The position numbers were made by a program, and so were the translations under genes. A stretch of DNA of 64,000 bases from Puccinia triticina (lineage: Eukaryota), in NCBI GenBank assembly GCA_026914245.1, contig CP110440.1, positions 3,472,001-3,536,000 on the forward strand. Reading direction: 5' to 3'. The notes below the pieces were generated by a model. That model was not told the DNA's origin. It did not search any database and saw only the letters and a list, made by a program, of their open reading frames with translations. This document shows, one piece after another, positions 23,027 through 37,135 of this stretch. Position 1 is the stretch's first letter. Each line of letters starts with the position of its first letter.

Positions 23027-24465
23027 ATTCCTAGTCCCCTTCTTGAACAGCGTCTTGCAGGCAAAAAAAGTCTCCATCACGTCGATTGAAACCGTCTCGC
23101 ATCACGTCATCCGTGCGGGTTCAAATCCCGATTTTTTGGGTACAATCGACAAACAAGCGTTGCTTGCTGACCAAGAACCGATGTCGACCAATCTGACTTC
23201 GGACCCGCTCATTAGCTGCTACGACTTGGTTGCAGTGACTGAAGAGGACACCAATGTGACAATCGGACTTCAGCTGGCCGATAAACCGTTCAAGTTTCAT
23301 AGACTGGCCGAGTTATCGGGTCATCGTCTGATCTGTGACCGCGATCTGTGGGGGCCGCTGCGACGGCGCCAAACTGACCAATTCACGCATCTTTCGGTGG
23401 GCTCCAAAACGCCCTCCCCCGTCTACATGATTACGATATGCGGCTTCAAATGGACCGAGGCGCCCGAACGGATCCCCGCCTGCCTTGAAAGCAGCTGGCT
23501 CTTGTGGACGTCGCAGTGTTGGGCGGCTGGCTTGACTGCTGGCAAGGACGCGGAAGGCGGGGAGCGGCACCCGATACCAATCGGCGGCCCGACGGTCTCC
23601 TGCTGCTCGATCTCGCTCCCCGCCTTTCGGAGCGTGCCGGGCAACGAGGTCTCCAGCGACTTGGAAAAATTCCTCTGGATCCTGGCCAACACCGGCCCGA
23701 AGGCCGCTTTGCAACCGCTGCCCGACTGGATCCAAACTGACTCGACGGCCAAGCAGTGCGTCGATCTCCTCCTGGACGAGAACATCGCTGTCGTGGACGA
23801 AAAAGTCGGCCTTCACAAACCTTTATCTCCACATGCATAGAGGCCATCTCTTCCTGAGTTTTATTATTTGTATTCAAAAGGGCTTTCCTCTTGCGGTTCT
23901 TCATTCCCCATAAAATTTTCTGATAACCCCTTCTCACCGCTCATGCCCTCTCAGCTTATATTTTTGTCGTTCTTAGCTACAGTACCTACCACATTCTCCA
24001 AAGAATTACCATCCGGAATAACATTAACAGATTGCATTTTCTCACAGCAATCCATGTATTCCTTGAGCTGGTCTTTGACGGCTAGTTAATTTTTGCGCCC
24101 AATCCTAGTTCAGAACCTTTATCTGAACACACTCTATGTCGTCGTCTCATCCAAACAATCGTGTTTCACAAACAACTCAAAACTGACACCAAACAATTAA
24201 AACAAGTCGCCAGGAGTTTGTATGATAAAGTATTTATGTATGTAGATGAAATTACGGCGAGCCTCACTGAGTCACACCAGGGGACTGGTGTGAAGTTACG
24301 CGAGACATCACGCAAGTCGCTCCGAGTTGCCAGTGCAGCACCTTCAGTCTGATTTAAATATCCATCTTTTCTTCGAGACACACCACTCAAAAAATGAAAT
24401 AATATCCATCTCCGCGAAAAGCAACAGCAAATAGATTAGCAGTACAACATCCAGAAAGACACAAG

Positions 24466-26108
24466 TCAAGAAATGTTCATGAGTTGGTTAAAACAGCCAC
24501 TTTCGGGAGTTGAGAAGTGCAGATAAGGTTGGAGGGGAGACAGTTTGAGTCCACAACGAAAACAAAAATGAGTCTGACATTTAGTACATATCATATGGTC
24601 TGTAGTATATCGCCAAAAAAAAGGATGGTGTCTGTCAATTTGATGGGGAAAGGTAGAGACATAATCAGGACAGGAAAAGACTCAACTGCACCCCTCGATT
24701 TTCTCGACAGGAATGAAACAAGTGACGCAAGCGGTTGTATGGCTGGCCTTCCATTCTTGGTTGGCACGCTCCTCGAGATGCTCGTCGACGAGCTTCTGTA
24801 GCTTGGCCTGTCCTCCGACCCGCCGCTCGATTTCGAGCCGCTTGGCTGGCGAGCTTTCGCCGAGATATTCCTCGATGATCCGGGCCAGATAGGGGACCGA
24901 GCATTTGTTCGTCGGTCCATGCCCTTCAACCCAACGATTAATCATCATCCCCCCGAAGATATGTGAGAAGAGGGGGAAATGAACGAGGACTGACAAGTTT
25001 TCTTGCAGACGAAACAGAACGAGTAGCCGCACCGATGGCAGACCCGAAGATGTTCAGACCGAGTGCCGTCGAAGGCCAGGTCGGGCGAGACCAAAGCTTG
25101 GCACTCTTCCATGGGACAGAGCCCGAGGGCGGGGTCTGCTTCGATGGCGAGTTTCTGGACCAGCAGCTCGTATCTCGTCCGAAGATCCCGGCCAACGACG
25201 TTCTCCAGTTCCTCAGCCCCGATCCTTGTGCCCTTGCATCCCTCCTTACAGCATACCACTTTCCGCACCTCGCCTTCTTTGATCAGCAGGCTGAAGAACG
25301 CTTGGAGACACGCTCGGCAGAAGCTGTAAAGGGTTCAATTCACTGCATCAACACATAAGCACCACATACTTGAGATCACAATGCGAATGACGTACATATG
25401 GCCGCAGTTTTGGAGCTGGATACATTGTCTGCCCTTCCGGGTCTCCAAGCAGATCGGACAAACGAAGTCGCGATTGAGGAACTCGTGGTGCCGGAGCTGG
25501 AGATCGTGGTCGCGGAAGCGGGACCAATCGGGCGGCGGCAGATGGTTTCTGAAGCGGAGGGGGAGGGGCAGGAGCCAGTCGTGCTCGAGCCAGTCCACAC
25601 AGACCGCCAGACACTCTTGGCCGCCGCCGTCCGGCGTCGCCCACGCCTCCCATATCTGCCCGACCTCCGTCTCGCCCCGGGAGATGTCCTCCGGCCGGGC
25701 CCACCCGCTCACGATCGTCAGTCCTGGGGGCTCGTCGAGAGGGTATCCCGTCGGCAGCCGCGCCACCAATTCGAAGGGGGGCAGGAAACGTAGCTCGGCC
25801 GACCTTTCACTGGAAATCATCGTTTCGCGATCAGTTGCAGGTCTGGACCAGATCTTGTGTAGAGCATCTCGTACCTACCTCGACAAGCAGCTCTCCTCGG
25901 CCCCCCCGACATCACAGGTTACCGGGACAGACTTGAAGAGGTCGATTTGGATCGAGATCGAGATGGTCGTTGAGCTTGTGGTGCCGGACCTCGGCAGTGT
26001 TCGGACGGCTGTGCTCGAGTAGATCGAGCGGAGGGTGTCCAGTTCGGTCGCTTGCAGCTCGAGACATCGTCCTCGGCGTGCGTTCTCGGGTGAATCTTGG
26101 CCTCCCAT
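24466..26108 (-). CDS. ITT1: RWD-domain RBR E3 ubiquitin ligase (RNF14/Itt1-like), multi-exon
   Basis: ELDTLRSIY; LPPFELVARLPTGYPLDEPP (RWD); CPICLETRKG..CGH (RING1); CPMEEC..CHRCGYSFCFVCKKT/WHG (IBR); CVTC..EKIEGC/DHMICTKCQTHFCFRC (RING2). Confidence 0.88.
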
Positions 26109-26743
26109 TGCTTCGTTTCGGTTGCTTGTAGGGGTTCTCGTGCGTGCAGAAGTCGCTCTTACTAATTGGCGGCGGTCGGACCTTGGCTGGCTCCTGCCCC
26201 AAACCCCTCCCTCTTGCTGCTTTCCCTTCCCACCTCTTTCAAACAATCGTAACTCATCCACCCAAAAAACCAACATTGCCTTGCACAAGTCTTTTGGAAA
26301 TCGGCAGAGCTCGACATAACTAATCAACCCCGAAACTTTTCTTTAAAAACCTTCTAATGTGTCCAAACAAAACATTCCAGTCTACGTACAATGGTCAACT
26401 CAGATACTTTATTTACTTGCATTGGACCACAGACTTTTTGGATTCTTACGCTCTCTTACGAGGTCGTATTTACCCAGCGAAGTTAGAAAATTGGCAATCT
26501 CTTTGCCACAAACCCTCACAAACCCCGAGTGTCAAATTAAATGTTTATGTAATGAAAATGAACCGTGGCAGATTGTGGCAGATTGAGATTGTGGACACGG
26601 TATGGACTTATGGGGGCTGATGTGGCGCATACATCTATGGCGATGAAATTTGAGATCACAGCACGCCCGGAGCAGACCAAAGTGGCAACGAGGAACAACC
26701 AACCAACCTTCCCCGGTATCAGAAGAACAGAAACCAACGAAAG

Positions 26744-29700
26744 ATGTCGAAGCGGTCGAGGAACCACGATCTTCTGCTGCTGCTCATCGTCATCACCATC
26801 CTTCTGGTCTTCCTAGTCGATCAGTCCGTCGCTTTCGGAGCCGGGAATATACCCTCGTACGCTTACCTCGAAGTAAGACCGCAGTCGAATCGATCATGAT
26901 CACGTTATTTTCAAAGCTTCATCACAAAAACTAATGGTTTTGGTGTGGTCTCTAGGACAAAGCATTCAGGCATGGTGATATCGAGTCGGTGGTCCTTGCT
27001 CTCTCACTTATCTGGGAGAAGTCATCTCACTGATCAATTTTTTCCGCTGTTCTATCCTTTTCATCAGGGATGTCTTGTCTGAAATAGCTAAAAAGGCTGG
27101 CGGTGGTATCCTTGGAGGCATGGGGGCCAAAAAGTTTGGTGGACTGGACATCAAAAGAGTAAGCACATTCCATCGATCATTCCACTTATTTGACCGACTT
27201 ATTTTGTTATACAATGCAGGTTTACTTTGGGAATTGGCTTCGAGACTATTCGTTGGTAGTCATTTCCTTCCTCTTTCCAAGCCGAAGCTGACCGAAAGCT
27301 TTAACCCTTACAGACAAGCCATGGATGTTGCCGGTCTTTCGAAGCTAGCAAGACAAACGATCATCAATTTGGTTATGGCACTAGGTTTTCTAGCCCACGG
27401 CTACGCAACCGACGAGTTTGAAGTGACCGAGGAGAGATTGGGCGTATACTTACCGGTCGAACATATTGATAATCCCAAGGGTTACAATGACGGTCAAGAT
27501 GCCAGAACAGTCCATCCTGGATTGAGGGGTCCTGTTGACCCTCAAGAACTACAGGTTGGACATAGATCTATTGGCCTTTATACCGTCCCCCGAAAAGCAA
27601 ACATCGTCTAATCTGAGCTGTTTGATCAGATTGATCCTCGCACGGGCATGAAAAACTATATCGCCAACGAAAATGGAACTTGGGATACCAGCGCGGCTTG
27701 TATCAGGAGGACATTGTTGAAATGCATCGAGGTTGGCAGGAGGGCGAAGGGTGGTAGCGACGCCGATTCTTATGAAGCTTATCGACTTCTCGGAACCGCT
27801 GTACGCTACAACCAAAATGACAGACCGTTTGGGCTACATAGCTAACTGACGAACTTGATTGACATTGGCCCTCAGTTACACACGCTAGAAGATCTAACCG
27901 GTTAGAAAACTTCTGAAGAATGCACTTGCTTCAATCGAATACAACTAATCACCCGATCCTTTTTAGCTCATTCAAATTGGTGCGAGCTCTCCTTGAGGAG
28001 ATTAGGCCACGGTCAAGTATTCTGCCATGTTGGCGATTCATGCCAGATTGACACTCCGTCCGGACGTGCTCCACCACTGGTCACAGGTATTGTTACGATT
28101 TTTTCTTTCTTTTATTGTGCTCCTCGCTGGGAGGCTGCTGATTTTATCTGATGATCGAGTAGGTGTCTTTGGTGCTGCCGATTTTCTTCATTCTTTGCTT
28201 GGAGAGGCATCAGATCACATCAGTGAGGCCAGTGTCAGTGATTTGACCAAGGCAATGACCACGGTGAGTCGGTCTGAATCAGTCAGAACCCCTGCTCATT
28301 TCAAAGGTGATCATTCGAATCAAGCACTATTTCTGCTATGTCTTCCAACTGTGTTTCTGGCTTTTACCTTGATCAGCGGCGTGGGTGCACAAAATTGCAA
28401 GTTTGATCGACACTTTAATGTATACCAGAGCCGAACTTGAAGAAAGAGAAATAGTGCTTGATTAAAATGGCTAAATGCAAGTTAGCAGATTGATGATGTC
28501 TGACCATGTGAGTTGGGTCTTCTGATTTTTCTTCTAGGCACGTAGCGGACCTGGCTCCGATCCCAGTGGCGACGCCCTACGCTCATTATTCTTCCAAATG
28601 CCCAGTGGTGGAGGAAATGGTTTGTCACAAGAATTTGACAACTTGTCTGAAATCCGGAGTCGGACTGCACCCAACTCCGGATTCGATCCCGCACAGATGA
28701 GTCCTCAGGAACTGCACTCGACCCTTTGGAAGGTCCTCAAATTTAGAGACAATGTTTGTAAGTCCTCCTTAGTCCTGTTACCATCTGCCCTCCGAGATCC
28801 TAGGAAGCATCGCTCTAACAAGAACAATCTCTGGTCTTTCGTTCCATTTGATAATCAGGTAAATCGATCGAAAGGACAATTGAAAAGATTCCGGGTCTCA
28901 GTACACTTTCCGAGAAAATAAGCAATGCGGTCAACAAAGTAAGCTCCATCGACTTGATATTTTCTCGAGCTATCCCGTAATTCTTGCCGGCGACATACTC
29001 AGTCTGGATTGTTTTTCTTCTTTTTTTTACTACCCCAGTTTGTCTTTACGACACTGGAACCGTTTTGAGTTATTTTGAATATTTGATCAAGTAGATCTCA
29101 TCCCTGCTAACCAATGATTACTACCCCATAGATATTTGAAGCCTATCATGCAATCAGCAACAGGAACCCTTCACAGCGGCTCCGCTGCAGTGATCAACAA
29201 GCAAGAGCAATTTGAGGTTTTTGATCATGCTTACGCCGACGATCCTACTCATTCCTTGCTAAGTAAAGACCATTTTGCCTTGGTTCGTCAATCCCGGAAG
29301 AATATCAAACTTTTCCTCCCTTGATTTTCTCATCTTGAGGGCTTTATCTTTTAGATCTTGAACGAGCCCGCCGGTAACTTGGCCAAAATTATCGTCAAAC
29401 ATGCCGTTAAGGGCGTTGTGCAAGCTTGGGGCTCAACCTCTGTTGATCCTTATCACACGATCAATAAAATTTTGGAAGCTTTTCGTGGGTGCTTTGTTTT
29501 GTTTTCTCCGGATAGGTTTAATCCGACTAAGTCCTAGGCAATCATTTGTAGATCATCCGTACTTTGTTGATGGAAGCTCGGACGTCCAAAGAGAGATGGG
29601 TGAATGTGAGTAATTATTTGGTTTTGATGTTGATGTTTTCTAGTTCTGAAGGAGAGGACTTGTCGATTGATATTGCTCCAGATATGAGAGATTGGATCGG

Positions 29701-30729
29701 CAAGATGTCGTCTCAAGATCGGGAATACGTGCTTGGTGCGCTTACGAAAGAGAGTGTCCGCAATGGTCGAAACAAGAGACGGGGTCATGTCAACGATCAA
29801 CCGCAGGGATGCTGCGGTGGTCATGGTTCTGCTACGTTTGGTCAACACATGCAAGGCATCATGGTACGTCGTATCTGCTGCTCCCCAATTCTCTGCATCC
29901 TGGCTAACAGCCTTATTTGGGATGTACATTTCCAGCCTAACACGCAATCCAATTCGTTCATGGGAAAGCTCACAACTCAGATTCCAGGTAAGCAGCAATA
30001 TTTCCAACCGACCAATCTAAAAATTTTATCAATCATAGTACTTTTGCAACAGGTTACAGCCAAATGCAAGGATTTGGAGGCGGGATGGGACGTGATATGA
30101 ACCCGAATGAAGTGCCGACTCAAAGCTACGGCGGCAGTACAAATCCACATCCAATTGGGATTCCAGACGCGAATCGGGCCCCAAGGTTCCAGACTGTTGG
30201 AGGAGAGTACCCAATGAGCTCTACAGCAACCGGAGGAGGGGGGATGATCATGCCTGATGCAGAGTGTCCACTCTCCCCCGCGGGGTACGGGCCCGGGCCA
30301 GGAGGCTTTTCGATCCCGGAGCCGATGACAAATCACTCGCAAGTCGACCCCCGTTCGACCCAGTCGGTTTCGTTTCCATCGGCCGCTGACGGTGGCCCGC
30401 CGCCCATAAGACACGACTCCTATCCGGCCCCTTCTGGCCCGAACAATTACCAACAGAACAGCTATCCTAACCAGGCATTTCCTGCCCCACCCATCCATTC
30501 TAACACATGGAGTCAGAACGACTCTTGGAATCCTAACTCCCAAAATACCCCCGGCTATCCTAATTACCAACAAAGACCTCCTCCTCCCGCCGCTTGGACT
30601 TTTCCAGACAGTCAACAGCAAGACTTCCCTCCTCAAGCTTGGCCTCATCCTTCAAATCAAGCTCCCCCTCCTCCTTCCGGTGGCGGTTACCCTCCTAATC
30701 CTAATTACCCATATGGCGGAGGATACTGA
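26744..30729 (+). CDS. het-C: Het-C domain protein with signal peptide and P/Q/N-rich tail, many introns
   Basis: Hydrophobic N-terminus then AFGAGNIPS; AFRHGDIE; VYFGNWLRDYS/QAMD; EHIDNPKGY; LHTLED; HSNWCEL; DPTHSLLSKDHF. Confidence 0.93.
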
Positions 30730-31219
30730 AAGATCTTCCTCATCTCTTTTGTTGTGCTGCTCTGTCTAGTCCTTTTTCGATCTGTCTCTCTATTCATCAT
30801 TTCTAGATAGACATGACAAACATTGATTTTTATAACATCATTATCCTTAGTTTTACCTCACCATAATCACATCAACAAAGTATATATAAAAAGTGAATAG
30901 GAAGTTTAATTGTCCAGAGGATATTTTTTTTTGTTCTTTTCTATACATGCATTGGTTTTTACTCAAACCCACCATAAGCTGTGATCCTGTTAGCTCAGAT
31001 AGTCGGGCTAAAATCCACCCAATTACATTATCTCCACAAAGTAACTTCAGCCGCGATAACAATACAATGTGAGAAATGAAAGACATGTTTGATTGGGCAG
31101 TATTGGACTCCTGACGTCTTGAGGTTTTCTTTTGTCTGAGTGTTGTCACTAGAGGAGTGTTTTGGAAAGCTAAATTCCTCTGGTGGCTGAACACAAGCTA
31201 AAGATAGCCATTTTGCACC

Positions 31220-31387
31220 TGTTGGTGGGCACCCACCACCTTTCAGCAGGCACCTTGTGCCCTTGCAGGTGCCCATGGCTGGTGCAGAGCTACTTCCTTG
31301 GATGTTTACTAAACTGGAACACCTCTCACCTCCGATGGGCCAAGGGCACACAGGTGCCTGCTGAAGGGTGGTGGTTGCCCACCAACA
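31220..31387. repeat. Fold-back inverted repeat, probable MITE remnant
   Basis: TGTTGGTGGGCACCCACCACCTTTCAGCAGGCACC...GGTGCCTGCTGAAGGGTGGTGGTTGCCCACCAACA. Confidence 0.55.
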
Positions 31388-33041
31388 AACACAAGCTGAG
31401 TTGGAAAAAACATGATGCTGGAAATGCAAGCTTTCCCAAAGGCACTGTATAGATCCCGGGAGGACCCAGGTCATCAGCTGGCCTAGGCTCACAGATGCCG
31501 GCAGGGGTCGATGACGTGGTTCGATCAGTTCATTGGGCTGTATCCGCAGCGACTGCGCAGGCGCTCTTCTGGGTACATAAACTCGACATTCGCAGGCAGG
31601 TATTTCTCCTGCCGCCAATGAACCTGCCCATCGGCGGGAATCCGTCTGTCTCTGCAAAGCCTACTCCTACTAGGTAAGTCAACTGCTCATCCAGCAACGA
31701 TAGGCCAGGTTGAGTATGTAGTCTTACTTCATTTCATTGGTCCACCAGACTCTGACTCGATCTGATCGGACCCCCATCCCTTCCAGCCGAAACAGGCCCT
31801 TCCGATCGTCCAACGCTGAGCCAGTAGCCAACAAGGGCGACGGTCTGGCGCAACAACATCAGCCCTAGTAAGTCCTCTACGCAACGAAAACGTCCAGAGA
31901 GATAGATGGGCAACGACGAGGTACGGCTCTTGACACTATCCATTGAAGTAAAAGCCTCGTCTGTTGACAAGATCGGGTCCCCTTTGGCAGCGGGTGCAAG
32001 CCAGCTCTGGAAGACCAAGTCCGACGATGTGAAGATGATGCGTGCAGTTTTGCTTGCCAAGACACCAAGCAAACCTGCCCGCATCGTCTTCGCCTTGCCC
32101 GACTCGTTCATCCACAGCCGGCTTGCACCGCGTACGTCTAGGTATCAATCCCGTCCGTTGTGGAGAGCGGGGTGTGGCTGGCCGGGCTCGCCAGGACGCC
32201 CGGAGATTCCGAAAGAGCCGAAACAACCCGCGCCTTCCTTCGACGTGGACCTTCCTTTCAAGATGGCCGGAGGAGGGATGCCTTTGGCCCAGGAGACTGC
32301 ACCTCTCACTGTTAAAAAACATCCTTCCGCCAGTCATCTTGGAAGGGATGTCGATGTTGGAGGCTTCTGCGAAGTTTGCTCTTCTTCTGGAAGCTGTGGC
32401 CGGCTTCAGACCTCAGCGGAAGTAGTTGTAGGCCTGTTGGGTCTTGCCGGATCAACTTTCTTCGGGTGTTTTTTTAAATTGATTGTTTAAGCGCACTCGA
32501 CACATTCCGATGATCATCGATGTAGCAGTGAACTGTCCCGCTCTTGCTCGTGTTCTCCCTTTGATACCATCTGTCCAACAAAACCCGCACATAGCCGTCC
32601 TTGTATGTAATCAAGCAAGTAATGTTATTCTTCATTATCATCATCAAGAAGTTAGAACCGGGAAAAGAACAGAAAAAACTACCAACAACTTTTTGAGGAC
32701 GAGCAACATAAACCGATTAAACAAAGCAGAACAAACAAGGATGGTGATGAGTGACAAAAAAAGGAGAGATTAAGACCAGTGTTCAGGCTTTTTTTCTGTG
32801 GCGGAAAAGAGTGGGGGGATAGGGGGACTTCGGATGGAACGGAAGCATGATATGTGTGAGGCGATAGAGGGAGAGGAAGGAGGTAAATGAACCAAGGATT
32901 AGGAAGAGCCAGGTCGGAGGGTCGGTTGTAGATTCTCTTTTGATCATGGAAGCTTTTATTTTGTGTTGAGGAGGAGAAGCGGGATCGGCAGCAAAGCTTA
33001 GCTCTGTCTCTCTGGGCGGGTAAAAAGAGTGAGGATGGGTT

Positions 33042-35538
33042 TCAAGGCTTAGCCGCGGGGGCGGCGCCGAGGACTTTGTGTTTGAGGATGTGGGGGAAGA
33101 GGACCATGAGCAAGGCGAGGGCGTTCAGGTCCTGGGAGTCGAGGAGGTCGACGGCGAGCTTGGGGGCGTTTCTGACGGCGAAGGTCTTGAGGATCTTGAA
33201 CAGCTTCTCGCCGATCTTCTGTTTCTGCTGGTGGACGGAGGCGAGGGCGAAGATCTTGGCGAGCCAGGCCTCGGTCTCGGCGCGTTTCTGGCACCATGCG
33301 GGCGTCCCCTGGTCGCCCAGGAGGGGCCGCGCCACGCGCGAGGGCTCGCAGAGCAGGATGTCGATGATCTCCTTCGCGGACAAGGCGCTCAGTTGGGCCA
33401 GCGTGGTGTATTCCGGCTCCTCTTGTGCTGGGGTAGCAGGAGGAGGGGCGGAGGGAGAAGCGGGGCCGGAGAGGTCGGGGACGGAGCTGCCGGGCTTGAT
33501 GGACGCGGGCCCGAGCTGGGCGGCGCGAACGGGCGAGGGAGTTGCGGCGTCGGCGACGACTCGGGCGCGGGTTGGGGCGGCGGGTTGGAGGGGAATGGGC
33601 GGGCCGAGCTCGTCGGGGGTCTGGATGATCTCCAAGGCCTCGGCGACCTTGGAGGCGAGCACCTGGGGGTTGAACAGACACAGCTTGCGCTCCCGAGTGG
33701 GCAGGGCCATCAGCAGCGCGACCAGCTCCTCCAGCTCCCCCGCACTCCTCGCCGCCGGCTGCAGCCGCCCAACCGCCGCCGTCATCCGCTCCCGCTCCGT
33801 CCCAGCCGCCCCCGACGACACCACACTCGACGTCGTCGGCGACACACAGCCGGATATCGCCCCCGGAGAGCCCGGCCCACTCGTCGCAAGGCGGGAGCCG
33901 CTCGCCGTCGGGTTCATTGGCGCCTCTTGGACCCTCGGAACGGCCGTTTCGACACTCAGCGCATTCTCCTTCTCTGGCGCGCCAGGTGGCTAAAATGATG
34001 AAAATTGTTAGCACGCATAGTAGAATAAAAGAAAATGGACCGGAGTGGGCTAGGTTTCTTACCGCTTGTGGCTGCTCGACAGTGGCTTGTCCAGCCGGGA
34101 CGGGTGTTGGATGATCTGGTGCGGTCTTCTCATCTACCATGGGGGGTTGATTGATGGCCGGGGATGACTCGGCGGCCTGCAGTTTGGCGAGGAGGGAGAT
34201 CTGTTCGTGGGGCTGCTGCTGATGGTGATGATGATGATGAAGCTGTTCGGGATAATCGGTGGGCGGGGGGGATAGGGTGGGGACGAGCTTAGCCGGTCTT
34301 CCGTCCTTGACCTTCTTGAGTTCGTGGAGCCGGACGACGATGCGGTTGGCAGATTGGCCGAGGGCGACGCCGTCCATGGCTTTGAGCGCATGCGAGGTGG
34401 CCTCCTCGGTGGTGAAGCTGACGAAGCCGAACTGCTTGCTGACCCCCGTGGCCTCGTTCTTCATCACCCGGGCGGAGACGATGGTGCCGAACTGCTTGAA
34501 GGCATGGAACAGGTCGCCGGACTCGATTTCCGGGCTGAGGCCCTTGATGAACAGGTTGCATGGGTCGACCTGCTTCTGGACGGTGGTGGGCGGGTTGCCG
34601 GACGGGTCTGGGCTGGTTGGGCCGGAGGCCTGTTGAGGGGTCTGCGGGGAGGCCCATTTGGAGGTGGCGGGGGATGTGGAGCTGGAGTTCGGGTTGAGCA
34701 GGTAGGGCTGTTGGTGGGTTTGGGCGTTGGCCCATCGTGAGACGGGGGGCTGGGCGTCTGAGAAGGAGGACTGTTCGCTGGCTCGGCGGCCGGTGAAGTC
34801 CAATGGCCCGGAGGGGGTGACGGGCACGAAGGGGGCCGCCTGGGCCCACTTGGACTGGGGCGATGATGAGTTGTTGATGATCGCCATCCCGCGGCCGCTC
34901 CTGTCTCTGCGGTCGTCGTACTCCTCAACGGCGATGGTGTGTCGATCGAGCTCGCTGCAGTGCATCTCGCTCTGGGCCAGCGAGGCCTGGGACTCTGTGT
35001 AGAATTCGATCACCGCCGTCCCGGAGAAGAAGGGCACGCCGTCCGGGGTGTGGTGGTAGTTCAGTGCGACCCGGTAGATCGGCCCGAACGGGCGGAAGAT
35101 GCTGAACAGTCGGCCCGGGCTCACGTCGGGCGGCAGGAACTTGATCAGGCGAACCCGGGCGGATGGCTTGGGGTCTGCCGATGGATCTGCAGCATGCGAC
35201 AGTCGGAGGTAGGCGTCGTACTGCGAGAGGTAGCAGTTGTGCAGGGTGGCATAAGCTTTTTCGGCTGCGATTTGGAGTCGAGATGTGTTGATCAGTTTCA
35301 GAAAGAGGCTGTTGGTTTTTTTTTTTTTTTGGACAGCATACATACCGTTTTCGAGTTTCTCGAATTCGACTGTGCCCGTCAGTGGGGCTGCGTGGTCCTC
35401 AGTCCTGTTGATCCTCAGCCGAGCCCTCAAGCATTCGTGGAGGACGGCGATGATGTCCTGATCGGAGACTTGAGGGGAGAGGTCGTGGATGTGGAGGACG
35501 GGTTGCTTGAGGAAGACTGCTGGGTTCTGGTTGTTCAT
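33042..35538 (-). CDS. rrm4: Rrm4-like RNA-binding protein (3 RRM + C-terminal MLLE/PABC-like domains)
   Basis: RRMs LHIHDL..GTVEF, IKFLPP..TAVIEF, NLFIKGL..KQFGFVSF; after an intron near 34060-33990: ELVALLMALPTRERKLCLFN and KQKIGEKLFKILK..APKLAVDLLD. Confidence 0.85.
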
Positions 35539-35838
35539 CGTTCGTTCGTTGGTGGTTGGAGTGGTTCTTGAGATGTTTTGTGTGTGGGGTGGGGGTGGGG
35601 GCGGAGTGGATGCCCTGCGCTGTCAGCTGTCAGTCTCGCCGGGGACAAGCTGAGCAGGGCAAGAGCCTAAAAATACACACAAGCCTCGTTTGCCTACACA
35701 AATAGCTTAATACATACAAGAAGAACCACGAAAATAGGGTGCTGGGTGGCTATTACAATCATGTTTTCTTCAGACATCAAACTATTTAGATCAAACTGTC
35801 CATGATTAAAGAGATGCTGTATGCAGAAGAAGGACTGC

Positions 35839-36953
35839 TCAAAAGATCTCGACTTCGTTTTGCAATCCGCACCCAGAACACTTCTGGATGAGCGTGCCCG
35901 AGGGGGACGGCTGCTCGACCGCCTCGAAGGAATGGACATGGACAGCTTCCTGCCTGCGATGCCAGACATTCGAGCGGGTCTTCTTGCGGAGCTCCCGGAG
36001 CTGGGCCTCGAACTTGCGGTTCTTGAGCTCCTTCTTGGCCGTCTCTCTGCGCTCGAACTCTTCATCCAGGGCCTCGGCCGAACCCCACTTGCGCTCCGAG
36101 AACGCATAGGCCTCCACCTGCTCCCGGAGGAAAAGCATCATGTTCGAGTACGTCGACTGGTGCGGGTTCGGCTTCAGCAGGTGCGGCAGTAGCTCGCTGT
36201 CCTTCAGCTCGGCTGCATACGCATTCATCAATCAGCCTCTCTCTCTCTCGGGTGCTGCTTCTGTGCTCTCATGACTCACGATCCGTCAAGAGATAGTCTT
36301 GTTTGCACTCCGTCTTCGTCAGCAGACTGAACCGCTCCGGATGCTCGTTCTTGCACTTGCGACAGACCGGCACCTTGAAGACCTGGAACAACTGGATATC
36401 CAGCTCCACCGAGCCACACACCGTGCACTTGGGATTCTGGCTCTTATCCAACGACAGATCTGCAGATAGAAAAAAAAAATGAGTATCCAGAGGCAAGCCA
36501 CAGGAGGCGGATGGACTGACTGGGTGCTTGGCTGAGACGTTCGGCCTGCTTGAGCCGCTGCTTCTTGAGCTCCTCGATCTGCTGGCGTTGCTTGATCAGA
36601 CGGGGGTCGTCCTGCTCGTTGTCCAGCAGGAAGCCGCCCTTGGAGTTCGTCATCGTGCTGAGGTCGTAGTCGACGAATGTCCGGACCCGTTTCGGCAGCG
36701 GCTTGAGGCTTGCAGGGTCTGCCTTCGATGGCGCCGCCGACCGCGCCCCGTCATCCGCGAGTGAGCCCCCATCTCGCGTCCGTTTTCGGCTGCTGTCCCG
36801 CGTGCTCGTGCTGCTGCTGGGAGTCGGATCCCCATCGTCTCGGAACGTGATCTGGTTGTTTCTGATCTTCGCCTTGGCTAGGAACCGGTTGTTTCGCAGC
36901 GAGCGGGGCTCTCCTGGTTGGTTGGCCGTGGATGATGATGAGGATGGTTCCAT
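35839..36953 (-). CDS. RAD14: DNA repair protein Rad14/XPA (3 exons)
   Basis: [74 protein letters not shown]. Confidence 0.95.
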
Positions 36954-37135
36954 CAGGACCGAGTTGTTGGGTTGGGAGACGCAGTGTCCTGCTTTTGTTT
37001 CAACTTACATTAGGCTCAGTCCGGTGGATGATCCGATCCGCACAGGCGCGGGATCCGGGGCCAACAGCGCACCCCCGCCACAAGAGGAGGCAGAAGCCAC
37101 TGCTCACGAAAACCCAGCAAGTGTCGATCGAGAGG
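36954..37135. promoter_or_regulatory. Putative bidirectional promoter between RAD14 and bL28m
   Basis: Divergent start codons only ~180 bp apart. Confidence 0.55.

Larger units (their letters stand above)
11381..23840 (+). pseudogene. Hypothetical ~300-aa gene split by copia-B (pieces 11381-11474 and 23032-23840)
   Basis: Removing the element and one ATTCC restores a continuous 903-nt frame: MNKFSQINTQSLIRPTSYAGFERFVEQPTSF-LVPFLNSVLQAKK...SPHA*. Confidence 0.6.

Noticed and set aside
31490..32490. 194-aa ORF and overlapping antisense ORFs
   Set aside because: No recognisable motif and coding strand cannot be determined.
33076..35571. Several 200-300-aa plus-strand ORFs
   Set aside because: Antisense shadows of the GC-rich rrm4 gene.
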